Positions 35,701 through 45,319 of a stretch of 55,816 bases of DNA are shown piece by piece; the stretch's first letter is position 1, and the number at the start of each line of letters is the position of its first letter. The translations under genes and the position numbers were made by a program. The stretch is taken from positions 1-55,816 of the forward strand of contig JAAZPS010000055.1 of assembly GCA_012797095.1 (NCBI GenBank), in the 5' to 3' direction. The notes under the pieces are model-generated. The model made no database searches. It had not been told where the DNA came from and was given only the letters and a program-made list of their open reading frames with translations. The stretch comes from Bacillota bacterium (GTDB lineage Bacteria > Bacillota > Dethiobacteria > DTU022).

Positions 35701-38175
35701 TTGAAAGCAGTGATCATGGCGGGGGGTGAAGGTTCGCGGCTGCGCCCGCTCACCTGCGACCGGCCCAAGCCGATGGTGCCGGTGATGAACCGGCCGCTGA
35801 TGGAGTACAGCGTCGAGCTGCTGCAGCAGCACGGTTTTCGCGAGATCGCGGTTACACTGCAGTATCTGCCCGATCAGATCAAGGATCATTTTGGCAGCGG
35901 CAGCCGGTTCGGGGTGAACCTGCATTATTTTGTGGAAGAGGAACCTCTGGGGACAGCGGGTAGCGTCAAGAACGCTGCTGCGATGCTGGATCGAACTTTT
36001 GTCGTTATCAGCGGCGATGCGCTTACCGATTTCAACCTTACCGAGGCGCTCGAGTTTCACCGCGCCCGCGGTGCGGTCGCTACCCTGGTTTTGAAATCGG
36101 TGGAGAATCCGCTGGAATACGGCGTGGTCATGATCGAACCGGACGGGCGGATCAACCGTTTTCTGGAGAAGCCGGGCTGGGGTGAGGTCTTCAGCGATAC
36201 GGTGAATACGGGGATCTATATTCTTGAGCCCGAGGTGCTCTCCCTCATCGAATCGGGAAGGATGTTTGATTTCAGCAAGGATCTATTCCCCCGCCTGCTG
36301 GAGATGAAGGAGCCTCTGTTCGGCTGCGTGCTGAAAGGGTTCTGGTGCGATGTGGGGGATCTGGGGGAATACCTGCGAGCCCACCGGGAGATTCTGGCCG
36401 GTCGGGTCGAGGTGCAGCTGCGGGGACGCGAGCGCCGGAAGGGGATCTGGCTGGAGGAGGGGGTCTCCATCGATTCCCGGGTGCAGCTGTCCGGGCCGCT
36501 CTATCTCGGCGCCGGCTGCCATATCGAGAGCGGAGCCAGGCTTGGCGAAGGCACGGTCCTGGGGCCCCGTACCCGGATTGCGGAAAGGGCTTCGGTAAAG
36601 CGAGGGCTCACCTGGGAGGGAACCTACATTGGCCGGGATGCCGCCCTGAGGGGGGGGATCCTCGGCAGCGCCGTGCAGCTCGGCGATAGAGCTGCCGTCT
36701 ACGAGGAGGCGGTTGTCGGTAACGGCACCCTCATCGAGGAGGGGGCCGTGATCAAGCCCGGAGTCAAGGTCTGGCCGGCCAAGGTGATCGAGAGCGGGGT
36801 AACCCTGCAAGAAAGCCTTATCTGGGGCACCTCTGTCTCCCGGACTCTTTTCGGCCGCCACGGTATCCAGGGGGAGATCAACCGGGAGATAACCCCGGAG
36901 ATGGTGGTCCGGCTGGGTGCGGTCTGCGGGTCGCTCCTGCAGGGGCCGGTTCTGGTCAGCAGCGATGCCGACAAGCCCTCGGTGACGTTGCAAAAAGCGC
37001 TTGTCGCCGGTTTGCTCTCCTCCGGAGCAGCGGTTCTCGACGCCGGCGAGCTGCTCATCCCCATGGCCAGGCGGGCGACAACCTATCTGAAGGGTTCCGG
37101 GGGGATCCATATTGCCTACTCCTCCGGGGATAAGCAGGAGATCCGCCTCTCTTTCTTTGATGCCGACGGGCTGCCCCTTTCGCGGAATATGGAGCGCAAG
37201 ATCGAGCAGCTCTATTACCGGGAGGATTTTCCGCGCGCTTCTGGCAGCGCCCTCGGGGAGATCCTGCGGCTGCCCGATATGGCGGAGATCTACCGGGCCG
37301 AGCTGCTACAAAATATCTCCTTTAGCAAGTTGAACCGGGCGGGCCTGCGGGTGGTGCTGGGCAATCCGACCTCCTATCTGCGCCGTTTCCTGATTCCGCT
37401 GCTGCAGGAGCTTTCCTGCACGGTGATCACGGTAAATACCGCCCCGGGGAATGGGTCAGCCGGTCGGGCGGGTGAGCCGCTGTCAGAGCGGTACAACCTG
37501 GCCGCGGCGGTGCGCAGCAACAGCGCTACTTTGGGGGCAGTGCTCACCCCGGGCGGCGAGAAAGCGTTTCTGTATGACGAAAGGGGAAAGGCGGTGCAGG
37601 GCGATCTCCATACCGCCCTGCTCTCGCTGCTGGTTTTTCGGGAGCAGCGGGGTGGAACGGTGGCTGTTCCGGTGCATGTTTCGCAGGTGATCGAGAAACT
37701 GGCCGAGCGTTACCAGGGCCGGGTCCTGCGAACCAGGGCTGCACCGCGCTACCTGATGGCGCCGGGGGAGCAGGGGGGCTCGCCCGAAAAAGGCTGCCCC
37801 GGCCTGGCAGCAACCCTGGCCTTCGATGGTGTCGCCGCCCTGATCTACCTGCTCGATCTGCTGGCCGGCCAGGATCTGACCCTGACGGGGCTGCTCGAAG
37901 AGATCCCGGCGATCAGGACAACGGAGCGGGAGATCCCCTGCCCCTGGACGATGAAGGGGAGGGTGATGCGTCGCCTGATCCAGGAATCAAGCAACAAAAG
38001 GACCGAGATGATCGACGGCCTGAAGATCTATCATCCCCAGGGATGGGCCCTGGTGCTGCCCGATCCGGAGAAACCCTCCTACCATGTTTACAGCGAAGCC
38101 TTCTCGGAGGAGTTCTCCGACTCATTGACCGATCTTTATGTGAAAAAGATCGATGCCCTGCTGAAAGAGAGCTGA
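35701..38175 (+). CDS. fusion protein: sugar-1-phosphate nucleotidyltransferase (plus left-handed beta-helix) and a phosphohexomutase-like domain
   Basis: The N-terminus is [33 protein letters not shown], followed by hexapeptide repeats. The C-terminal ~450 aa has the PGM/PMM four-domain layout, but the signature motifs are altered (see findings). The start is TTG. Confidence 0.85.
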   Translation: MKAVIMAGGEGSRLRPLTCDRPKPMVPVMNRPLMEYSVELLQQHGFREIAVTLQYLPDQIKDHFGSGSRFGVNLHYFVEEEPLGTAGSVKNAAAMLDRTFVVISGDALTDFNLTEALEFHRARGAVATLVLKSVENPLEYGVVMIEPDGRINRFLEKPGWGEVFSDTVNTGIYILEPEVLSLIESGRMFDFSKDLFPRLLEMKEPLFGCVLKGFWCDVGDLGEYLRAHREILAGRVEVQLRGRERRKGIWLEEGVSIDSRVQLSGPLYLGAGCHIESGARLGEGTVLGPRTRIAERASVKRGLTWEGTYIGRDAALRGGILGSAVQLGDRAAVYEEAVVGNGTLIEEGAVIKPGVKVWPAKVIESGVTLQESLIWGTSVSRTLFGRHGIQGEINREITPEMVVRLGAVCGSLLQGPVLVSSDADKPSVTLQKALVAGLLSSGAAVLDAGELLIPMARRATTYLKGSGGIHIAYSSGDKQEIRLSFFDADGLPLSRNMERKIEQLYYREDFPRASGSALGEILRLPDMAEIYRAELLQNISFSKLNRAGLRVVLGNPTSYLRRFLIPLLQELSCTVITVNTAPGNGSAGRAGEPLSERYNLAAAVRSNSATLGAVLTPGGEKAFLYDERGKAVQGDLHTALLSLLVFREQRGGTVAVPVHVSQVIEKLAERYQGRVLRTRAAPRYLMAPGEQGGSPEKGCPGLAATLAFDGVAALIYLLDLLAGQDLTLTGLLEEIPAIRTTEREIPCPWTMKGRVMRRLIQESSNKRTEMIDGLKIYHPQGWALVLPDPEKPSYHVYSEAFSEEFSDSLTDLYVKKIDALLKES

Positions 38176-38186
38176 GGGAAAAACGC

Positions 38187-39449
38187 TCAATTGCTGTTTT
38201 TCAAGGGTAAAAAATCATTTTTCTCGGCGGAAAATCCGTACTTCTCCACGATCTCCAGAACGCTCTGGTGCTGGCTGCGAATGGTCTTGACCCGCGCCTC
38301 GCTGTGATGATATTTTTCGGGAGCCGCCTCAAGGATAAAGGACACAGGGATGACGCGGTGGCGCCAGTCGATATGGCAGATGTAGACCTCGTAATCAACA
38401 TCCTCGATCCAGCATTCAGCGCTGTTCATATCCTTGCCCAGCTTGATCCGGGTGAGCAGGCCGTAGCGGGTCAGGTCCGTGGGCACACCGGTGGTCAGGT
38501 GCTGGTTGGTGCAGAAATTACCCAGGGTATAGATCACCAGGGATCTGCGAACAGAGCCATCGGGCAGCTCGACACGGATCCATTCCAGGGGCTGCGGCAC
38601 ATGGGAATGGGTGCCGATGATCATATCGGCCCCCGCGGCGGTGAGCTCGCGGACGATCTCTTTCTGGCGCGGCGTGGGCTCATGAAGATACTCCTCACCC
38701 ATATGCAGGTACAGTGCGATCAGGTCCGCGCCGGCGCTGCGGGTCTTCTCGATGTCGGCCTTGATCGGTTCGATGGTGTGAAAATTTTCGATATGGTTGA
38801 TCGCATATTCATGGCCCGCCGGCACCGTTACCCCGTTGATATTGTAGGTGTAAGAGATCAGACCGAGCTTGATCCCGTTGACCTCGACAATGAACGGTCT
38901 CTCCCGCTCCTCCCAGCTTTTCGCGGTACCGAAAGTCTTTATGCCCAGGGCGCGGACGCTGTCCAGGGTATCCATCAGCCCGTTGTAGCCACGATCCATG
39001 ATATGGTTGTTGGCCGTGTTAAAAATATCTATCCCCGCCTCCTTGAAAGCTTCCGAAAGCTCGATCGGTGAGTTGAACAGGGGATAGCTGGTGTAACCGC
39101 CGTTCGCTGCTCCGGCCTGGGCCGTCTCCAGGGTGGCGATGGCCAGATCCGCTTCCCGGATCAGCGGGGCGATAATCTCGAAACTGGGGCTGAAATCATA
39201 TTTGCCGCCGCCCAGATGCGCCTGCTGCAGCTGCGGTTGGTGGGGGTAGGTTGTTCCCACGGAGAGCAGGGTCGCGGTGCGGATATCGGGCGCCGGGGGC
39301 TCCCCGTTATTCTGCTTGCCAGGCGGGTCGCTGTTCTCGCCGTTTTTTTCGGGGGTGGTGAAATGGATGCCGGCGTAGATCCCCCCAACCAGTGCGGCGA
39401 TGAGCAGCAGGATCAGGCCGATCCAACGGATTCGTTGCATGATGATCAC
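38187..39449 (-). CDS. CapA-family (PGA_cap metallophosphatase-like) membrane-anchored protein
   Basis: An N-terminal TM segment is followed by NNH.MD.G..G...T, ...HMGEEY...P and ..GAD.IIGTHSHV.Q, all typical of CapA. Confidence 0.85.
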   Translation of the reverse strand: MIIMQRIRWIGLILLLIAALVGGIYAGIHFTTPEKNGENSDPPGKQNNGEPPAPDIRTATLLSVGTTYPHQPQLQQAHLGGGKYDFSPSFEIIAPLIREADLAIATLETAQAGAANGGYTSYPLFNSPIELSEAFKEAGIDIFNTANNHIMDRGYNGLMDTLDSVRALGIKTFGTAKSWEERERPFIVEVNGIKLGLISYTYNINGVTVPAGHEYAINHIENFHTIEPIKADIEKTRSAGADLIALYLHMGEEYLHEPTPRQKEIVRELTAAGADMIIGTHSHVPQPLEWIRVELPDGSVRRSLVIYTLGNFCTNQHLTTGVPTDLTRYGLLTRIKLGKDMNSAECWIEDVDYEVYICHIDWRHRVIPVSFILEAAPEKYHHSEARVKTIRSQHQSVLEIVEKYGFSAEKNDFLPLKNSN

Positions 39450-39630
39450 TTCCGATCGAATGTTTTCCCTCTGGGATTATATCATGTTATTGCTCCGCTA
39501 GGGCGGCAGAAGGGGATAGTTTTTTCAAAAAGTGCAATCCGCCGGAGACGGGGCCCGGTAAGGGGTCTGCCCTTTCTTCCGCGCTGTTTCCGGCAGCCTG
39601 CCCGGGCGGGGCCCCGGTTGGGAATGCTCT

Positions 39631-41259
39631 CTAAGGTGCCCCGGCTCCCGCGGTCTGCTCGACGGGCACGGTTGTCTCCAGTTTCTGATAGAGGCGGTAA
39701 TCGAGATGGGGGAAAAGGTTATCCGTCTGCTCCAGTTCCTTCAGCCTGCCGGGGTCGATCTCGCCCGCGTCGATCTGACGGGCCAGTTCCCTGAAGTGAA
39801 GCAGATGTTTCTCGGCCCTGCTGCGGGCGTAGCCGACCATGGTTTCCGAGGTCATGATGAAGGGCCAGTCGCTGCTCTGCGCCAGCATCAGCTCGCGGGC
39901 CGCCTGGGTGAGCGCTCTTCTGGTCAGTCCCTCCGCATCAGGGTGGGCTGTGGCCAGGGCGATCATCTCCCCGGAGGCCCGGTGCAGGTGCCGGTAGAGC
40001 CAGTCATTGGTCCCGTTGAGCCAGAATTCATGATAGCCCTTGTCACCCCAGCTCGAAGGGTTGGGCCTGGAGAGCTGCAGCGGATATCCCAGATCGAGAT
40101 ACTCTCCGGGGGTGATCAGCTTGAAGTTATGCTGGTCGTAGGCGATCTTCCGGCAAAGAAAATCAAGCCACTGCGGGCCCTCGAACCACCAGTGGCCGAA
40201 AAGTTCGGTATCGTAAGGGGCGATTATCACTGGGGGACGCCCCATCGTTGTAGCCAGATATTTGACCTGCTGCTCCCGGTTAAACATGAAGTTCCCGGCA
40301 TGGAGAGCGGCTTTTTCCCGGGCCTTCTCCGGGTGATACGGCTCCTTGTACTCCAGCCCCTCGCCGGTGATCCGGTAGTATTTGATCCCGCTGTCGCTGC
40401 GCATACCGGGGGGATGAAGGTGGGGGCCGATATATTCAAGGGGCAGATCATAGGCGATGTCGCGGTAAAATTCGCGGTAATCGTAATCACCGGGATAGCC
40501 CTCCTGGGAGCTCCAGACCTGTTTGGAGCTCTCCGGGTCCCTGCCGAATGCGGCGACGCCGCTCCTGGTCAGAATGGGGCTGTAGACGCCGTATTTGGGC
40601 CGGGGTGAAGCATAGAGCAGACCATGGGTTGCAGTAATGAAATAGTGCAGCCCCAGCTCGCCGGGGATCTCCTCCAGCCCGTGCTCGTAGGCGCATTCGG
40701 GCAGCCAGATACCCCGCGGCAGTTCGCCAAAGATCGCCTGATGATACTGGACGGCATTGGTGATCTGGGCGTATGCATTTTCCCGCTGCAGCGTAAGGGG
40801 CAGGTAGGCATGGGTCGAGGCGGTGGTGATCAACTCGAGATAACCCCTTTCGGCCAGTTTCCGGAAGGCGCCGGCCAGGCGCCCGTGATAGCGCTCAAAA
40901 TAGGCGGCGGCAGTATCAAAACGATGGCGGTAGAATCCGGCCAGGGGGGCAAAATCAGGGTCGCCCGCGGTCCGCTCCTCTTCCAGACCGGCCAGCTCCT
41001 GGAGGCCCTCCAGATATTTGCGGTAGCGCCCCTGAAGCAGGGGGTCCTCCAGCATCGCAACCAGGGTCGGTGAGAGTGAAAAGGTCAGCCTGTAGTCGAT
41101 TCCGTCGGCGGCCATCTTTTCAAAGATGATCAGCAAGGGAATGTAACACTCGGTGATCGCCTCAAAAAACCATTTTTCTTCAAGGGAATGCCTGTGCTCG
41201 GGGTGGCGAACATAGGGCAGGTGGGCGTGCAAGATCAGAGCAAGAAAACCCTGGGCCAT
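39631..41259 (-). CDS. GH57-family 1,4-alpha-glucan branching enzyme
   Basis: The N-terminus G.LAL.LHAHLPYVRHPE......E.W.FEAI.E.YIPLL matches GH57 branching enzymes. WLPECAY, a ~540 aa length and a C-terminal helical domain also fit. Confidence 0.85.
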   Translation of the reverse strand: MAQGFLALILHAHLPYVRHPEHRHSLEEKWFFEAITECYIPLLIIFEKMAADGIDYRLTFSLSPTLVAMLEDPLLQGRYRKYLEGLQELAGLEEERTAGDPDFAPLAGFYRHRFDTAAAYFERYHGRLAGAFRKLAERGYLELITTASTHAYLPLTLQRENAYAQITNAVQYHQAIFGELPRGIWLPECAYEHGLEEIPGELGLHYFITATHGLLYASPRPKYGVYSPILTRSGVAAFGRDPESSKQVWSSQEGYPGDYDYREFYRDIAYDLPLEYIGPHLHPPGMRSDSGIKYYRITGEGLEYKEPYHPEKAREKAALHAGNFMFNREQQVKYLATTMGRPPVIIAPYDTELFGHWWFEGPQWLDFLCRKIAYDQHNFKLITPGEYLDLGYPLQLSRPNPSSWGDKGYHEFWLNGTNDWLYRHLHRASGEMIALATAHPDAEGLTRRALTQAARELMLAQSSDWPFIMTSETMVGYARSRAEKHLLHFRELARQIDAGEIDPGRLKELEQTDNLFPHLDYRLYQKLETTVPVEQTAGAGAP

Positions 41260-41312
41260 GATCGTGAGAACCTCCTTTTGAAATCTGGATCAGATTGCAG
41301 GCAGCGTTTGGC

Positions 41313-41825
41313 CTATTTTTTGGCCCGCCGCACGAATTCTGCAGAGCTGAGATGATGCAGCGAGATCCGGCGGAACAGCTTCTGTGCTCTCCAGTCGGGG
41401 AGCTGCCACTCATCATCGATCAGATCACTGATGCAGTCGCGGGGTGTGCGGATGCTGTTCGAGCGCAGCAGGGTCTGAAAAGGCTCCGGCGGCAGCACCC
41501 AGCCCAGCTCGGCATGGTAGCACCGATCCGCCTCCTGCACCGCGATGTACCAACGGTTATCGGAGGGGCTGACCTTAAGATCAAAGTGGCCTGCCGGATT
41601 ATTCTTGCCGCTCCGATCATGTTTGAACACCCGCAGGATAAAGCACAGTTCTGGCCACCGCTCGGCGCCGATCCGCCCGGCAAGGGTCTCCCGGGTTGAC
41701 GGGCTCAGCTCCCAGTAAGCGAAGATGCAGTAGGGATCCCGGGGCAATAATACCAAGCGGTCTTCGGCATAGTCTTGCGGTAAAGAGCAGCTGCGGCTCG
41801 GATCATCTATCTCTGTGTGATTCAC
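41313..41825 (-). CDS. DUF4912-like protein
   Basis: LVLLPRDPYCIFAYWELS fits DUF4912. It lies directly upstream of, and co-oriented with, the GH57 branching enzyme, which is the usual partner arrangement. Confidence 0.7.
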   Translation of the reverse strand: MNHTEIDDPSRSCSLPQDYAEDRLVLLPRDPYCIFAYWELSPSTRETLAGRIGAERWPELCFILRVFKHDRSGKNNPAGHFDLKVSPSDNRWYIAVQEADRCYHAELGWVLPPEPFQTLLRSNSIRTPRDCISDLIDDEWQLPDWRAQKLFRRISLHHLSSAEFVRRAKK

Positions 41826-42198
41826 CCGTTTGCCTCCTTCAGGTTATGAAAAGGATCGATGGGGTACGATCCGCTATTCGATCATGATTGCAGGCAGATT
41901 GGCCTCGATTACAACTGCTATTATGCCCCATGCCCGACGATATATATCCGGTAAAGCGCTCAATTCCGGCGGAATAAAAAGGGTTTCCCCGGGCAACCTA
42001 AATTTGCTTTTTGCCGCGGCGGCTAGGCGGGAAGGGCAGCGCAGTCAGGCGCCAAAGGCGGGGCAGCTGTCGCGGTCTGCAGGGCAAAAATCCGTCCCGG
42101 CCCGCAAGGCTCTTTGGCCGGTCGAGCGGAATGAAGATCATTTTGATCCGGATCAAGCCCGGGTTTGCAGCCCGGCCAGATTCCTGGGGGGTGGTCCT

Positions 42199-43227
42199 TT
42201 GTCTGAATTTCGCCGTGATCCCATCTCCGGGCGGCGGGTGATCATCGCCCCGCGGCGCTCCGTCCGGCCCGCTTTTTGCGGCGGCGGCGGTGAAGAGGCA
42301 AGGCGTCCCCGGCCCGCTTATCTCGGGGATTGCCCCTTCTGCGCAGGCAACGAACGGATGACGCCCCCTGAATTGCTGTCACTGGGCCGCAGCGGCACCG
42401 CTCCCGATACAGCGGGATGGAAGGTCCGGGTGGTCCCGAATCTTTACCCGGCCGTATCGCCGGCGGCGGAGCCGTTTTCGGCGGAGGGCTGCTCCTCGGC
42501 CGGCGGTGGTGCTCACGAGGTGCTGATCGAAGCCCCGGAGCATAACCGCCAACCCGGCAATTTCCCCCCGCGGCAGATGGATCTGGTCATCGAGGCCTGT
42601 TACCGGCGCGGGCAAGCGCTGGCTGGCAACCCTTCCCTGCGTTACCTTCAATTTTATCGCAATTACCGCTGCGAGGCGGGCGCCTCGCTGGAGCATCCCC
42701 ATTCCCAGCTCATCGCCCTCCCCTTCGTGCCCACCGAGCTCCGCCGGGAGCTGCAGCGGTCGCAGGAGCTCTATCTTGCCGACGGACACTGTCCATTCTG
42801 CCGCATTGTCGAGCAGGAGAGCCATTTTGCACGGCGGATCATCCTGCAGCACGATCGCTACAGCGCTTTGATCCCTTATGCTGCCCGCAGCCCTTTCGAG
42901 ACCTGGGTTCTGCCCCGGAAGCACCAGGCTTCCTTTCTGGAGACAGATGCTCCGGAGCGGGCTGCCCTGGCTGATATTCTGGAGGAGCTGCTCCGGATGA
43001 TCGCCCGGGCCCTCGGCGATCCCCCCTACAATTACTATCTGCATACGGCGCCGCTACGCAGTGCACCGCTGCCGTACTATCACTGGCATATGGAGCTGCA
43101 CCCCCGGATCAGCATCGCTGCAGGATTCGAGATGGGCAGCGGCGTCTTTATCAATGAAACTGCGCCCGAAGAGGCGGCCCGGTTTATCCGGGAGAAAGGA
43201 AATACCGATCATGAACAATCATGGTGA
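42199..43227 (+). CDS. GalT-family (HIT superfamily) hexose-1-phosphate nucleotidyltransferase / NDP-glucose phosphorylase-like
   Basis: FRRDPISGRRVIIAPRR..RP, the Zn site CPFC.GNE, VRVVPNLYPA and the catalytic EHPHSQL are present. I place the start at TTG 42199, after GGGGGGTGG. The upstream 123 codons of the track ORF look non-coding. Confidence 0.85.
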   Translation: MSEFRRDPISGRRVIIAPRRSVRPAFCGGGGEEARRPRPAYLGDCPFCAGNERMTPPELLSLGRSGTAPDTAGWKVRVVPNLYPAVSPAAEPFSAEGCSSAGGGAHEVLIEAPEHNRQPGNFPPRQMDLVIEACYRRGQALAGNPSLRYLQFYRNYRCEAGASLEHPHSQLIALPFVPTELRRELQRSQELYLADGHCPFCRIVEQESHFARRIILQHDRYSALIPYAARSPFETWVLPRKHQASFLETDAPERAALADILEELLRMIARALGDPPYNYYLHTAPLRSAPLPYYHWHMELHPRISIAAGFEMGSGVFINETAPEEAARFIREKGNTDHEQSW

Positions 43228-45319
43228 AAAGGTCTACTTTATTCTTGCGCTGCATAATCACCAGCCGGTGGGAAATCTGGGCGAGGTTTTCGAAAATAGT
43301 TTTGCGCAGACCTACGAGCCGTTCATCGATGTCCTGGAGCGTTTCCCCGGGATCAGGGTGGTGCTGCATTATTCCGGCAGCCTGCTGGACTGGCTTGTTG
43401 AACAGAGGCCCGAATTTATCGAGAGGCTAAAAAAACTGGCAGCGGACGGGCGGATCGAGCTTCTGGGAGGGGCCTACTATGAACCGATCCTGCCGGTGGT
43501 TCCCGACGGAGACAAGATCGGTCAGATCGAGATGATGACCGCCCGGCTGCGAGAGCTCTTCGACCGGGAACCGCGGGGGATGTGGCTTGCTGAGCGGGTC
43601 TGGGAACCGCACCTGCCCCGCCCGATCCATCAGGCGGGCATTGAGTATCTGGCCCTGGATGATACCCATTTTCACGATGCCGGCTGCACCGATCTGGACC
43701 ATTACTACCGGACCGAGGAAGAGGGCCATCCCCTGGATATATTCCCGATCAACGAGGAGCTGCGCTACCTGATCCCCTTCAAGGAACCCGGTGAGACGAT
43801 CTCGTACCTGCAGGAACGCCGAACGGATGAGCGGCCGCGCCTTTTTGTGCTGGCCGACGACGGTGAAAAGTTTGGCGGCTGGCCGGGAACCTTCGAGGCG
43901 GTCTACGAACAGGGCTGGCTGGAACAATTTTTCACCCTGCTGCAGGAGCACGAAGCGTGGCTCCGGGTGACCACCTTTGAGGAGTACCGTCGCCTTTTCC
44001 CGCCCCGCGGGCCGGTCTACCTGCCGGCGGGCTCCTACCGTGAGATGAAGGAGTGGTCCGGCGGTTTCTGGCGCAATTTTTTGAGCCGTTATCCGGAGAG
44101 CAACCGTCTGCACAAGAAGATGCTGGCGGTGCGCCGGCTCTGGGAAGAACTGCCCGAGGGGGAGAGCCGCGAACAGGCGCAGCGGCTCCTCTGGGCGGGA
44201 CAGTGCAACTGCGCCTACTGGCACGGTGTCTTCGGCGGCCTCTACCTCAATTTTTTGCGGACGGCGCTCTGGGAAAAACTGCTCCGGGCCGAAGAGATGA
44301 TCAACGAGCAGCTCCATGAAGGGCCCTACCTGATGCTGCAGAGAGGCGATCATGCTTACAGCGGGTCAGAGGAGCTCTATCTTTCCACCGACCGTTTTGG
44401 CCTGCTCTTCTCGCCGGAACTGGGCGGCAGCCTCTGGGAATTCTCCTGGCGGCCGGGGGCGGTAAATTTCCTTGACACCATCACCCGCCGCCCCGAACCG
44501 TATCACCAGGAATATCTTGAGCAGAGCGAAGCGCCCCCCGATCCGGAAGAGCAGGCGGCCTCGATCCATCACCGGCGGGCGGTCAAGGAGGAGGGTCTCC
44601 TGGAGCGGCTGTTCTACGATCCCTACCCCCGGGGGGCCCTGATCGAGCATCTGTTCATCGAAGGGACCTCCCTGGATCAATTTGAAAGGGGAGAGGATCC
44701 GGGTAAAGATTATCGATTCATGAAACCCGCTGCAACCGGGGTCGAAAGGCTTCCGGCAAGGGAGGGGGCCTCCGGTGAAGGGGTCCGGCTGTCCTTCCAG
44801 CAGAAAGGGCCTCCCGGGGGAGAGCTGCAGCTGCTCTTGCGGAAAACGGTGACCGTCTACGCCGGGGAGGATCTGCTGCAGGTCGGGTACCTGCTTCAGA
44901 ATCAGGGCCGCGCCGGGGCCTCGTTCTCTTTCGGGGTCGAATTCAATCTTGCATTTCTATCCGGTTCCGACGATGAGCGTTACTATCATATTCCCGGACG
45001 TGAGCTGGAGGATCGGAAACTCGGTTCCCGCGGGGTCGAAGAAGCCGTAACAGAGCTGCACCTGATCGACCGCCGGCGCAATATCGGGCTGGCACTCTCC
45101 TGGAACCGTCCGGCGCTGCTCTGGCGGGTGCCGGTGGAGACGATCTCGAACTCGGAGAGTGGACTGGAGCGCTCCTATCAGCAGTCGCTGCTGCTGCCCC
45201 GCTGGCAGATTCGCCTGGGCGGCGGTGAGAATGTAACGATCAAATTACAGCTGCACCCTTCTGTCGCCCCGGAGAGGGAGCCGCAGCGGGTCAGCGCGGG
45301 GAAGGAGGCGGGATCATGA
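43211..45319 (+). CDS. GH57-family alpha-amylase / 4-alpha-glucanotransferase-like enzyme (702 aa)
   Basis: YFILALHNHQPVGN......Y.PF.DVLE..P.I...LHYSG.LL.WL, ELL.G.YYEPIL and WL.ERVWEP fit GH57. The start is ATG 43211. Confidence 0.85.
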   Translation: MNNHGEKVYFILALHNHQPVGNLGEVFENSFAQTYEPFIDVLERFPGIRVVLHYSGSLLDWLVEQRPEFIERLKKLAADGRIELLGGAYYEPILPVVPDGDKIGQIEMMTARLRELFDREPRGMWLAERVWEPHLPRPIHQAGIEYLALDDTHFHDAGCTDLDHYYRTEEEGHPLDIFPINEELRYLIPFKEPGETISYLQERRTDERPRLFVLADDGEKFGGWPGTFEAVYEQGWLEQFFTLLQEHEAWLRVTTFEEYRRLFPPRGPVYLPAGSYREMKEWSGGFWRNFLSRYPESNRLHKKMLAVRRLWEELPEGESREQAQRLLWAGQCNCAYWHGVFGGLYLNFLRTALWEKLLRAEEMINEQLHEGPYLMLQRGDHAYSGSEELYLSTDRFGLLFSPELGGSLWEFSWRPGAVNFLDTITRRPEPYHQEYLEQSEAPPDPEEQAASIHHRRAVKEEGLLERLFYDPYPRGALIEHLFIEGTSLDQFERGEDPGKDYRFMKPAATGVERLPAREGASGEGVRLSFQQKGPPGGELQLLLRKTVTVYAGEDLLQVGYLLQNQGRAGASFSFGVEFNLAFLSGSDDERYYHIPGRELEDRKLGSRGVEEAVTELHLIDRRRNIGLALSWNRPALLWRVPVETISNSESGLERSYQQSLLLPRWQIRLGGGENVTIKLQLHPSVAPEREPQRVSAGKEAGS

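Noticed and set aside
41830-42198. The N-terminal 123 codons of the track ORF for the GalT-like gene.
   Set aside because: Homology to GalT begins at FRRDPISG, right after a TTG start with a strong SD. The upstream part is a low-complexity translation of the divergent promoter region.
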